From the human T2T-CHM13v2.0 reference genome, Homo sapiens: a DNA stretch of 64,000 nt. The stretch lies in the NCBI GenBank assembly GCA_009914755.4, contig CP068257.2:38240001-38304000 (forward strand), in the 5' to 3' direction. The position numbers and the translations under genes were made by a program. Below, piece after piece: positions 39,409-54,367 of the stretch (its first letter is position 1; each line of letters opens with the position of its first letter). The notes beneath the pieces were generated by a model. The model was not told the origin of the DNA, ran no database searches, and saw only the letters and a program-made list of their open reading frames with translations.

Positions 39409-41099
39409 CTGCTATTTATTTTAGTAGAGCCTAGCTCTGGGTGCTTATGTTATTTAAACATTAACAAAGATCTGATAGCATTTCTGGAATTGAGCCCTTG
39501 GCTGTTGTTTGCCTCTGCTTATTCCTAAAAGCCAAGTGTTCTCAAAACTCCAGCCTGTGGTGTTAATGAAGTCACATTTACCTTCAAACTCAAATCTTAC
39601 TGCCTCCTAACTCCCCACCCGCTGATAGAGGCCCTCAGGAGGTATGCTGCACACAGTACTGAGAGATGCTTAAGTACAGTGGCTAAAAGGAAGGGCTCCA
39701 GAGCCAGCTTCTTGGGGGCTGAATTCTGCCTCTGCCTCTTCCCCACTTCGTGGGCTTGAGCAAATTCCTCTCTGTGCCTCAGGATATAATTGGTAAAGTG
39801 AGGCTGATGAAGACACTAAGGGCATCTACCCCATCAGGGATGCTGTCAGAACTCAATGAGTTGATGGTGCTTGAGCGCCCTTGAAGCCTGGCCCCAGCAG
39901 CATGAACCATGATTACCCGACACCCAGCCTGGTGTAGACTCTCTCCAGTATAAATTCAGTGAAACTGCAACTGCCTGGTATTGTAAAGACCAGACCCTGG
40001 GAATGGGGCAGCTCTTGGAGAATTCCCCCTCTGCCCTCAGACCTCCATTGAAAATGTCAAAAGGTCCCAAAGAATTCTGAAATGAGATACTTTCAATACT
40101 TTCAATAACGAGTTCTTTTTTTGTCAGGATCATTTTTTGATGTGAGACACCTTCACCTACGACATAAATCACCTTCATTGTGTCTCCGTTAAATAGAACC
40201 TGACATAAAAACCCCATCTTAGAAATCCCGAAAAAATGACTGCTTTTCTCCCCTGTGCACATTTCATTTTGGTTTTCCTCTGGTTTCTAAAAAGTGATCT
40301 TTTATGGAAAAGTTATTCATGACATTTGAAAGGCATCCATATTTAAGGCATTTAAAGACTGTGGGGTTGAGCATGCACCTATTTTGCACTTGCCTTCCAT
40401 TTAATTTGACTTTATTCTACTCTAAAACACTGTTCTTTTATTCCGTGAAATTTTCTTTTATTTGAGCCATCTATGAATTATGCAGGGAAAGATACTGGAT
40501 TTGAATGCCAGAGTTTAATCACCTGAGGTGGCTGTTCCATCTCGGATTTGGTCCAACTCAGTAGTAGTCAGATTTCCACCCAGTGCAGCAAACGTACGAG
40601 CCTTGTGTTTAAAAAGAGGAGGCATCAACATAAGGACAGACAAAAAGAAGCAGGCATTTTTACTTGCAAATCTGCTATATTTAAGAAATGGTTTACCTGA
40701 TTTAAATCATTTTACATTGACTCAGATGGAAGGTGAATGGTATTCGTAATAAGTGGGAAGCTTTACTTTGCTTCTTTATTGGGTTATTGTCTGCATAATG
40801 CAATAAGCATACACGAGGATGGTTCACTTTGTTAATATAAATCTGGATCATTTACTCTATTTATTTATACCTCTCAGATTCTGAGAGCAAGGTTTTCCGA
40901 GATGATACATTTACCATTAATTAAGGGTTGACAAATGACCTGAGAATTTCTTATGGCAATGTTGAACGTCAAAGGAAACTGATTGTTATTTTTCTGATAT
41001 TGTTTTTAGGCTAAAGACCTGGACCCAAATATGAATTTTGAGGGTACCTTATCCCTTAGTCACCTATCATGGTTTTCTCCTTGTTCGGTGCTCTGCTGT

Positions 41100-41260
41100 T
41101 TTTTTCTAGGATCCCATTCAGATAGTGGCATCACAGTAGCAATTCCTGAGGTCAAGGAAGTCCAGGCTCCAGTCTTGACTCTGCCACTCATTAGCTGCAT
41201 GATCTGGGGCAAGTCATGCTCCCTACCTCCCTCATTTTCTTCATCTGAAAGTTAGAGACT
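41100..41260 (-). mobile_element. MIR SINE fragment
   Basis: …ctctgccactcattagctgcatgatctggggcaagtcatgctccctacctccctcattttcttcatctgaaagt… is the reverse complement of the MIR core (…ttacagatgag…aagtgacttgcccaa…). Confidence 0.5.
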
Positions 41261-41262
41261 TG

Positions 41263-41558
<296 letters not shown>

Positions 41559-41918
41559 GTTAGAGACTTTATAAGCTTTTCAATCCTTTTCAACTCAAAG
41601 CATACTTTTTGATAACAACCAAAAAATGGGATTGACAAAATGCTTCTCTCTCCATAACTAGAACCACGTTAAGCTTTGAGGAAACACCCTTTCTGTTTAC
41701 ATGTGTGGTGCATTTCATGCGGCTCCCCAGACTTCACACCCAGAGAATCTTGCCCAAAGTGTTAAGTCTAACCTTAAAAGACTTCATACTTCTAGTTAAC
41801 CTGGTAAAATGAAAATGCAAAGGACAAGTATAAACAATGGCAGAAAAAATAGTTTATAAGTAGGAGGAAACATAAGAGTTTCTTAGTTGATTAAAATTTA
41901 TTTAAAAAGAAGACATTG

Positions 41919-42273
<355 letters not shown>

Positions 42274-42629
42274 TCATTAACAAAATGACGCATTAACAAT
42301 GCTGATCTTGTAGCTGATACAGAACCTTGGCTGTTGCCTTCATATTTTCATTGAAGTTGTGCTTGATCTCCCTCCTGGTTTCTCTTGTTACTGGTGACCT
42401 GCATTCCTAGAGCAGTGGATGTGGATGAGGGGGCCGGTCTGTGCAGCTTCAGTACATCCTTTCTTGGTGGATCCATTCCTACTCTCACTAGCACAGTGCT
42501 TTAGCCATCTGAGCTAAAGTAACATAGAACTTGATATAATGCAAGAGATGTTTGCAACAATAAAAGAGACAAAAGTAATCCCGAGTATATCTGATAACAA
42601 TTGCTTTTTTCTTTTATTTTTTGCCTTTA

Positions 42630-42681
42630 GCGACAAGGTGCTGGGGCAACCAATGGAAAAGACAAGACATCTGGTGAAAAT
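42630..42681 (+). CDS. PCP4: PCP4 exon 2 (52 nt, phase 0 in, phase 1 out) encoding RQGAGATNGKDKTSGEN + 1 nt
   Basis: ttgcttttttcttttattttttgcctttag|CGACAAGGTGCTGGGGCAACCAATGGAAAAGACAAGACATCTGGTGAAAATG|gtaagagg. Strong polypyrimidine tract + AG acceptor, GTAAGA donor, open frame. Joined to exon 1 this gives MSERQGAGATNGKDKTSGEN, matching the PCP4/PEP-19 N-terminus. Confidence 0.92.
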
Positions 42682-44198
42682 GGTAAGAGGACATGAATAG
42701 TCCAAGTTCTTTCTCTTTTGCCATCTGCAGCCCTGGGTATGCAGCAGGTGCGGATCATACATCCCATCCCAAACAGCTTACTATATGTGTCTGCGCTTCA
42801 GCTTACAGAGGATTTTAGCAATTCACAGTGAGCACTGAGGTCTGGTTTTATGAAGAAAACTGAGCTAGCTAAATGCCGTGATAAGAAGTTTCCCTTCCAT
42901 AGGAGGACTCCCATTTTGGGCAACATGGTAATTACAATGCAAATCTAGTTCTCTGCTTTCTTCATTAGGGTGGGTGAGAATCATCCAAGTTGTTGTGAGG
43001 ATAAAATGAGATCAAACGAGATAAGTGATTTGAAAACTGTGAAGTACACAACTTCTGAAATGATGTTTTAAAACTTGCTTCAGCCCTCCGGAGCACACAC
43101 AATGCGGTGCTGGTCCACTGGAAGGTGCTGAGTCAGTGAATGTCACTGCAGCGATTCACCAGCAAATAAAAATGATAGCAGTGACAGGAACATTGCATCC
43201 TGCCTCTTCATGGGCCCATCTCAACCATGACCCTAAATTGTAGGAATGATCATCATATTTTTATGGATCAGGAAATGGAGGCTTGGCATTGGGGTGAGAT
43301 TTAGCTAGAAATGGGAAGTGCATGGATCCTGAAGGAAATAGAGCCAGTTGGAACCCCAGGTCTCTAACTTTAGCAATTGACATAAGAACAAGCATAATAA
43401 TAAAAAATACCCAGTGGTATGCACCAAGGGCCACAGCATAGTTCCGGTGAGGTGAGACTCTGGGTGTTCTTCCTTTCTGTTAACTCAAGATGAGCTCTCC
43501 TTTTATGGAAAATGACTCTTGCTTCCAACTAGATGAAATTGATGCTAGTGTCCATCAATCAGATTGTGGATAATGCCAATCTCAAATACCATCGGTTAAA
43601 ATTCCCTGGGGCCTCACAACCCCTTTGGAGCCTCTGTGGTGGGTCTGAGCTGAGCAAGACTCAAGTATGAGAATGTTGCTCTGCGTCTGCAGCCTGCCAA
43701 TATGCCCACCCATTTAGGGCAGTCCTATTGGGCAGGGTGAGTGCAGTGTTCCCTGGGTAAAGGGGTCATCATATCAATAAGTAGAGAGGTGGGGGCTCCA
43801 CAATGTCCTAATTGGAGCTAGGGGGCTGGGAGAAGAAGGAAACAAGGTTTTCCATGAGGCCGATGGCTCTTCCTTTGCTGCCCAGGGCTTTTCCTGTCTC
43901 CTGTGTGTGAGTTGGGGTGGGTGTGTGGGGTACTGGCAAGGAAGGCAGGAAGCAGAGGAAGGAGCAAAGGATGGGGCTTAAAAGGGAGGAGCAATATTGT
44001 AGTTGCCTATATGAGGAAGGACCCACTGCCTGCCATAGGGGAGCATAGGGCGCTGTGAGCCTCCACTGATTTTCCCAGTTCATACATTCGTAGCCATCTG
44101 TTCATGCAAGTTCCTTTCCACTGAACCTCACAACCTTAGAATTAGAGTTTTACAGTCAGAAGACTTCTCAGAGATCCTCTATTGTCGTGATTCTCAAC

Positions 44199-44489
<291 letters not shown>

Positions 44490-47400
44490 AACATTTTTGT
44501 TCTCACAACTCCTTTCCATTTTAAAGAATTCTTGAGGACCCCAAAGAACTTTTGTTTATGTTGGTGATATCTATTGATGTTTGTCATGCTGGAACCCTAC
44601 TGACTCTTATAGAGATGGTACTGAAGAAAAGACCTGGAGCCAGTGAACAAGACATAGGATTTATTGAGGGGAGTTACCTATAGGGCAGTCCAGTGGCGGT
44701 GGGCTGGATAAAAGAACCACAGCTGCCTGTAACAAGCATGCAGTTTACACAGCGTTTTCACTTAGCACCCTCCCTCTAGCAACTTCTACTTGGCAATCTA
44801 CATTCATTCCAAAACAAATGTCCCCAATCCCCTGTATGGCCTGCATCCCATGGGATGGGCTGGGAATTCAGATGTTCCTCATAGATAAGAATGAATCTCT
44901 ATACTGGCCACTCCCAGATTCCTTAGCTCGGAACTCGACTCCAAGCACACATTCTTCTTAGACCATAGGGTCATTCTCAGGGTATGCTTAAGTTACGCTA
45001 TTGATATCAGGTGTATCTGCCATACACTGTCTCCTATATTAGAAATTAAAATGGAGAAAGTTTTAAATGGTTTTCTTATTAATTTATTAAAAATAAAATA
45101 ATAAACCCACTACATGTGAATGTAAGTAACATTTTAAAAAATGAAAAGTCATTATATTTTCCAAAATGGAAAAGGATATTTAGTAAAAAGTGGCAATTTT
45201 ACATTTCTGCAACTCTCTTTAAAGTCTGGTTTGACAGAGGACAGCTGGATTTTCATACTGGCTTCTGTGTTCAATCTGTTATATCATGTGATGTGTAGCC
45301 TATGGAAAATTCCACTGCTCACTTGTGAGAGTATGAGATTTAAAAGAGCAAATAATATCCTTTAAGATCAAACTCTTACCTTTTATAATAATAATATCTT
45401 TTATAAGACCAAAAATGTTTTTGATCTTTTGGGCTCCCTTAAAGGATGTAGGCACCCCCCAGGGTACCTGGTTCACACTTTGGGAACTACTGCTCAGCAT
45501 GTCTCATGTCATGCCTTGAGGAGCCTGAAGACCAGGCACATGGTGACGAAGCCAGGACTAGGTCCTATGTGTTCGATGTCTCTGCCCCTTGGCTTTATCT
45601 TGACATCCTATTGGTCTTTCAAACCATGCTGACATGCTCAGTGCTTTGCACCAAAGGGAATTACCGGCTACTATAAGTGATGCCATTTTCTGCCATTCAA
45701 AGACATGGAATTTCTTTTAGCTGAAAACCAGTCCACACCAGTGGAAACTGAGTGAGGTTTTTTATGGAGGTATAAAAATTAATTAAATGGAAATATTCCT
45801 GATGCTATGAATAAGGCTTTTCATTAGATAATTCTAGATATTAAATGATAGTCACTTTTGGGTAGAAAAGTGAATTTGAGATTATTTTACAGTTACTGGA
45901 TAATGGCAATGTATAAATGTAAATTATTATTAACATGCTATACTTTAATTTCAGCTAAAACTGCCTATATATGATATTTGTACGTGATACTTTATTATAA
46001 TTTAAAGTCTGTGCTTTTGCCTTTAAAAAGGAGCAAAGACAAAAACTGGAACAGCCCAAGAAAGATGAGGGTAAAAACTTCTAGAAGTAATCTAAAAAAC
46101 ATTTTCCTAAAGAATTGAAGTTACTTAATTTTTTATTCTTAAATTCCTGATATGAGACGATCATCTTGGAATTTCCGTTTTAACCTAGTGTTACATTCCA
46201 TTGAAATTCAAATGATTTTATTCTGTCATTATAGGTATCTAGGGAGATCTATTATGTTAATGTATATTTCCTATTAATATCAAATGAAGCTGTCTACATG
46301 TCTTGAAGGAGCAAGGACCCTTGAGTATTGAAATATGAAGTATTAAAAAAACCATCAAAATGTTATGAAATTTGGATAGTAACACTTCATAATAAAAGGA
46401 ACATTCTCAATTGTATTAATTGTCTGTACAAGTCAGGGTGTTTGTAATCCAAATATTGTAAATTTAGTTGAGGTCTCCATTTAATGTATAAAGCAATAAA
46501 GACTGTGGGAGTGAACTACAGGTGCCTTGAAATTATTTGGATCACAAAAGACCCAAGTCAGGTACATTAAAACTTCAGAAGGTATTTAGATTCCTGGGCT
46601 TTGCTGCCATTTCATTACATTGAATATTATCTTGAGAGCACCATTTTCTGGGAATGAAATTTCTCATACATTCAATATTTATTTTTGTTATTGTTGTCAA
46701 CATGGTATTTATTGATGTGAAATATGACCTACTGCATACTCTCCAGAATGTTTCAAAATCCTTCTCATTTTCCCAGGATGTTAACCTCAGTACACACACT
46801 CAAACCCGATGTTTCTACTAGAACTAGATTTTGTGGTATCATCTGCTGTAGGAAGACAGGTTTTTCAGAAATATTAGGGTTATAATTTTTTTTAATGTAG
46901 AAAATAAACGTTTCAGGGCTTGGAGGTTCAGAGATTTTTCATTCCTCTATGAGCAAAGCACCTTCATCATTTGATTAGTTAAGCCACAGATTTCATTTGT
47001 TTCTGGAAATAACTTTCTACTTGAAAGAAACAATAGCTCATAGCTTCCATTATAAATCTTTCTGTCTCATTTAAATGGCTAAATTAAATTCAAACATGTT
47101 TACAAATATAGACACAACCATCTGAATCTAGATTATTCACCACAAATTAGTAATTTGAACACAACCGAAAGATTTTTGGGGGAAACTACATTGCTGGATT
47201 TCTTGATCCATACCTTGATACTGGTTGTCCGGAGAGACTCCAAGAGTTAAATTTTTTTATTGACACACAAAAGCAGAAAAATACTGGAAGCAGAGTGGCT
47301 GCTGGGAGCCTTCCAACCTGAAAAAGAGATTTATGAATAATAAACCTCGTGATGGGGCTTACTTTCAGAGCTTGGAGGCTTACCCAAGCTAAATTGAATT

Positions 47401-47740
47401 TCTAAAACTGGAATGGATTTCTCTTGACTTAGCGAGCTGTGATGCATTTGTTTCTACAAGGCTCTGTTTCTGCGGGTGGAAGGTGTATGAACACACCTGA
47501 TTTTAAGAAAAGAATCCCCTCACATCCAGGCTGTAGGTAAATGCTACAGAGGAAAGGTATTATTTTGAACTACCTGTGGGACTCACTGTCGTTGTGTTTC
47601 TTTGAGTGTGAGTAGCCTTGCACAAGCTCAGGCTCCATGCTTGAATACCTGTGCCCCTTCCTTGGGAGAGAGACTATGGCCTGAGAAGTTTCAGTAGGTG
47701 TGGGGATATTCTAGGAGTACTTAAGACTTAGTTTGATTTG

Positions 47741-48051
<311 letters not shown>

Positions 48052-49923
48052 AGACTTAGTTTGATTTGATATGATTATATGATTGCCAAGAATAAATAAG
48101 ATGAAATGTTAATGTACTGGGTACTTTCCTCTCCCTGTTTTAAATCAATCCCAAACCATAAAAGTTTAAGTTTATCTCACCTTTGGATTTTGAGGAAACA
48201 CACACACATGTACACACACAGAGTCACTTTCTTATTTTTCTGCTCTTAAGTAGGTAGAGAGAGAGGTCCCAAGAAGGACTTGCATTTATAGGCAGACAGA
48301 TGTACATGCTACCATTAAATGGACTGTGATTTTTCAAATAGAAAAATATAATTCAAAAATTTATTTCCAAAGAAATTTCACTACCCCCTACCCCTGGCCC
48401 TTTGTGGCTCCATATCTCCCAGTAGACATTCATCCCCCTCCCACTTGTGTCTGTGTTCTTGGTGCAAGATTATCTTTCAAGACCTACGTGCTGACTTAGG
48501 CAGATTTTGCTTAGGATATATTTTATCTGTCAACTCTCCTTGGTATGTGGAATTGTGTGGAGTAAGGCTTCGTGTGCAAGGCTGGGCATCAGCTTGGAGT
48601 AAGAAGAAACTGATGTTGAGTCCAGGAACCAAGGATGATTGAGTGATCACTATCATGCCCGAGAGAGGAGGTCAGTTTTGGCAGAGGATGCTGCCTGGCT
48701 GATCTTGCTCCTGGGCACAGGGTGGCTGGATGGAAGGCAAGAGGAAGAAATGCATTCTAGAAAGGCTACAGAGGGAATACACCTGCCCCTGCCTGCAGCA
48801 GTGACTCAGCTCTGCTCTGCTTCAGATGTGGATTGTGGTCATATCAGAGTTTGAGGATGGATCATGGTACACGGAAGACAGAGCAGCCTGCGATTCAGAG
48901 TTTTGCTGTTCCTGTAGGCCAGAGGGTGCAGGTGTCTGGAATCCAGGGGGAGGTGAAGCTTGAGTCCACACTGAGGGTCTAATATGCCAATTCTGCACAA
49001 ATCTCAATAGTCCACATGGAAACTTACCAAGCCAAGATGAGCCTCTTTGAAAAGGAACAGAGACAACTTTGAGTATCCAGCTGCAACGTGTGTCAGAAAT
49101 GTCAGAAAGGTTATAACTTTCACAGACAGCACTGGCTGTGAAAAAAGCACCTACCTAAAGTCATTAATGTCTAAGGTGTGCAACATATCCCAGGCTAGAA
49201 AGCTCTCAATCTGTTTCCCGCTAGGGCAATGAAACCCTGAGCTGCCTAAAGGTCAGAATCCACCATAGTGAGAGATAGCAAGTGCTGCTGTGAATACCAG
49301 AGGCACATGGGTGGTGGCGCCTTCAAGGTAAAAACTCAAACAGCTCCGGTCTCCATCTGGAGGTTCTTGGCCCTTTATCTCCTTCCTTTTCCATATTTGA
49401 AGAAATCAGAAAAAAAAAAAATCAAAACAAAAGTGACTGATGCTCAAGAGATGGGGTCCTTTGTGCTTTCGGCTCCAAACACTCTAAAGAGTTTCTATTC
49501 TGGAAGGAAGAAATGGACACACAAAGCTGCTTCTGATATTGATCCAGATGGGGAAAAAATGACATTGGAATTGCTTATTAAGCCGGGCATTTAAAGCCAT
49601 CGCAGTCTCCAGACAAACCCAGTCAATGGGTGATATTGCTCAACAAGTGAGCTGATTCTGCCTGAAGGTTACTTTAGGGATTAGTGCTGAGGGAATTTAT
49701 TAACATCCATCTCAGTTAGAAGAGTGACTTTTTGTTTGTTTTGCCCTTCAGAGTGAGCATTATAATAACTTCATTGAGCAAGGAACACCTCGGATAAGTA
49801 TGGTGCTTCTGATCAGTCTTGGGTGTGAAAGTGCTTGAAGCCTTGTGGACAGAAGCGGAGATTCCTACCCATCTCTAGCTGCAATTCTTTACATCTATAG
49901 GCTTGCATAGTTTAAAAAAATGT

Positions 49924-50239
<316 letters not shown>

Positions 50240-50662
50240 TTACCATGGCCTTGCAGGTGGGTTGGGAGAGGATCTCAGGCAAAGTTGCTGGTGAACTCAG
50301 GATTGTCCTAAGGTCACATAAATAAGAGGAGGAAAGTTTTGGTCATCTGACCCACAGTCCAAACACACCAGGTTGTCTCTATTTACACTTTCTCCTGACT
50401 TCCCTCTTGACCAGGGTCTTGTTTGTAAATGGGCAACTTGGATGGGCTGTGGTCTAAGCCCCTGGAACAGAATAAGGTTAATGGGCTACATCTTAGCCAA
50501 ACCAGAAACTATTGTATCCATAGTACCATTATCCCATCAGTTTAGTTAACTAGCCTCTGGCAAATAGGGGTGATCTCAGACTAATAATAGGGACAGCCAT
50601 GATAGTTTTCAAAATTAAAACATCAAAGCAACATGTTCATTTATAGCCTCTTCATATTTCAC

Positions 50663-50808
50663 CTGCCCTCTTCCTCACCCTTTCTCTTTCTCCCTCCTTC
50701 CTTCCTTCCGCTCCTCCTTCTTCCCCTTCCTTCCCCCTTTCCTTCCCTTCCTTCCCTCCCTCCGTCTTTTCTTCCTACCTTTCATCCTTTTCTTCCTTCT
50801 TTCTTTTT
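50663..50808. repeat. ~145-bp polypyrimidine (TTCC/CTTC)n-rich tract on the + strand (polypurine on -)
   Basis: cctgccctcttcctcaccctttctctttctccctccttccttccttccgctcctccttcttccccttccttcccccttt ccttcccttccttccctccctccgtcttttcttcctacctttcatccttttcttccttctttcttttt; >95% C/T. Confidence 0.9.
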
Positions 50809-51688
50809 GAGATTGAGCAGTGGACAGCTTTAGATCAGCTGAAATAGAATTTCATTCCACATCATACAGAGAAAGCTTATACACCTTGGTGAAAAAGTAA
50901 AGTTATACATTATTCTCAATGAATTGCTCTTAAAGATCTTCAAGATCTTGGCCATGAAGCAGCTTGAACCAGGAAAATGTGCATCCCTCTAGCCTTTGGA
51001 AACCTGCCCCAAGCAGGAGATATTCCAGGTTTCAAATGTTTCAGGTTCTGCTTGTCAATTACTTTTATGGAAATAGTATTTCTCACGCGCTTGAAAACAC
51101 TTTTGCTCTTTTAAGTAGGTGAAACACTCATAATCTTATTTATAGAATTAATGTGCACAGCAGGCAGTTTTTCAGAAGCAAAACCCAACCTAGATCTCAG
51201 GCTGGGCCAAATGATAAGATGGTTTAAATTTGTAGGTTTCATATTAGGTACATCTGGGATTACAAAAGCACGGAAAAATGCTAATATTTCTCCTTGGAAA
51301 ATAATGCTGTCAGTGGGCAGAGTGGGCTGAATTGTCCTCAAAGAGTAGATCTCCCTCTCAAGCTAGATGTGTTCTCCCCTCCACATGAGGCAGGGAAGAG
51401 TCAGCCTTGCAGCCCTGGGCGTGTCTCCAGGATACCCTTAGAGCAACCACAGAACATGCTTCGGACCCCGGGCAGAAGTCCCCAGGGTCACCCAAGAAAG
51501 CTCTCTAGCAGCCAATCTAGAACATAGCTCGGGGGAGATGCAGACCCAGAAAAGGAGAAACCAGAATCCCAGGGAGGCCTATCTGGAGGAGCGGACAGAC
51601 AGGGGCTTTGGCCTGTTGAAAGGTACAGCTAAGCTGTGGCAACTTTGCAGAGACTAGTAGGTTGCTAGAATTAAGAAATAAAGTCCCT

Positions 51689-51976
<288 letters not shown>

Positions 51977-53874
51977 TCACTTCTACCCGTTGGACTTTCC
52001 CAGCCAAAACTACAGAGCAATGATTAGGTGGAGCAGGAGAAGAGAGGAGAGTGAATCTGAGAAGCAAGAAATGCAGGGTTCCATTGTACCAAGTGCCTTT
52101 TTCCAGTTGTTGCCAATGTACTTCCCTCCCTGGCCTTTGGGCCAGGTCACCCTGTTCCCCTGTTTGTCCCCACTAATTAAAAAATGTAGCTTATTATACG
52201 ATAAGTGATTGCTGCTTCCCAAAGACAAAGTGGGAATGATTTTTGTATACAAATTCTGGATTGGCTTCAGAAAAAAAAAGCAAGAAAAGTGGTTTATTGA
52301 AACCATGCTTTCATGTTAACTGTGTAGTGTAATTGGCTGGCTTAGTATTTCTAAAGGAAAGAAAACTGTCAGATCTCTTTTTTAAGGATGACATATTTGA
52401 CATTCCTGGAGCGATGAGGCTGTCCCTGTGAAGGTTAATGTGTGTTCCCCACAGTCGGTGTAAGCCCCTCATCCCTCCTCAGGTGTCATTAAGGGGACAA
52501 GGAGGTGGCCAAAGAGGAGACACAAGAGGAAGCTGGCTGGAAGGTGGGTGAGGGTGGATACAGAGCTGTTCACACCTCCACCCAGTCTGAACGGAAGGCC
52601 CCGCTAGATGGCAGGCCAACTGGGAAATGGGGAAGGGACTGGGCAGGCACGGTTCTCCCCTGTAAGCTGGGGTTTGTCAGACCAGGAGGGAGGAGGAGAG
52701 TAGCTTCCAGCCACACACCCACAGACTGTGGGCTTCCAGAAAGCTGCTTTCTCAAGGGCTCAGTGGCGCCCCAGGCTCTGCTCCCACTGAGCAGAGTCTC
52801 TGGATGACTCCCCAGCTGCCTCGGCCCAAAGGAAAGGTGGGGAGGAGGGTGGGAGTGCCCGCGGCTCCAGGTGCTCTCTGGGAGGCTGGAGTAGCTGCTA
52901 CTGTGCCTGGGGCTGTAGGTGTTGGCCTGGGTTGGGAGGCAGGACTGAGGTCTCAGAGGAGAGGCTAAGCTTTGCCTCCACCCCTGTGGAGAGGCGCCAA
53001 GGAGCCAATCTGCTTTCATTCAGGTCCCTCTTGGATATCTTGGCTTCATAACCTTGAATTAAACTTCAAATTTGTGACTGCAGGATCAGCTGCTTAAAAA
53101 TATGAGAAATGACCATCTCCTTATTTAAATTGCACGTATTTCCTTTTAAGTTCTTCTCTCTCCTCCCCCGACACAACCAGGGGAATTGCTCTTTTCTGCA
53201 CCATGGTGAAGAAATGAAATCAGGGCCCCTTTAATGTCAAGTACATTCTGAACGTTCAAGAAGGAAGAAGAATAACAAGTACTGTGAGATCATTGAATTT
53301 AAAATGCAGCCATTTATAGACTTCACTATTTCCAGCATTAATTCGAAGGAGTAGATATTACAGTTATTATAATGACAATTTCTCATGGCTATTATGGCAT
53401 ATTGATCTGTTCTTTTACTATCGCTTTTTCCTCGGGCAGATCCTGTATCTGCTCAGGCTGAGCACACCGTTTTCTTACAGACTGTTGTTCCGTGTCGCTG
53501 CTCTGTTTTTCTGACATGTTATTTCCTTCAGTCTCATCATGAGCAAGAAGCCAAATTATTTGCATATCACTAGGTTTAATTTTAAAATTGTATTTCCTTT
53601 GAAAGTTACCCCCTTCTCCTATTCACTAAGGAGCAGATGCTTCTTATTCACCTGCTGGGATCTCCTTGCATTCTGGTCATGGTTTTTCTGTTCCAGTTGC
53701 CATTTCCTTTTTTCCTCTTGGGATGTGGAATGGTGTAGAACTGTGATCAGTGGAAATACGTATTGATTGGATAGACCAAGATATGGCTGGGTGTGCCGGG
53801 AGGAGGAACTGGGAAGTCAGCGACGTGGCCTCCATCACAACGTTTATGAAAACTCTCCCTTCAGGAACTTATGA

Positions 53875-54367
<493 letters not shown>

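Noticed and set aside
39076-39528. 150-aa and 104-aa ORFs with IHPSIHPS repeats
   Set aside because: Pure translation of the (GGAT)n/(ATCC)n microsatellite.
46020-46075. Possible cassette exon (aaaaag|GAGCAAAGACAAAAACTGGAACAGCCCAAGAAAGATGAGG|gtaaaaac) in intron 2
   Set aside because: The acceptor context is weak. When joined to exon 2 in phase 1 it runs into an in-frame TGA after 12 codons. AG…GT pairs of this quality occur by chance in AT-rich intron sequence.
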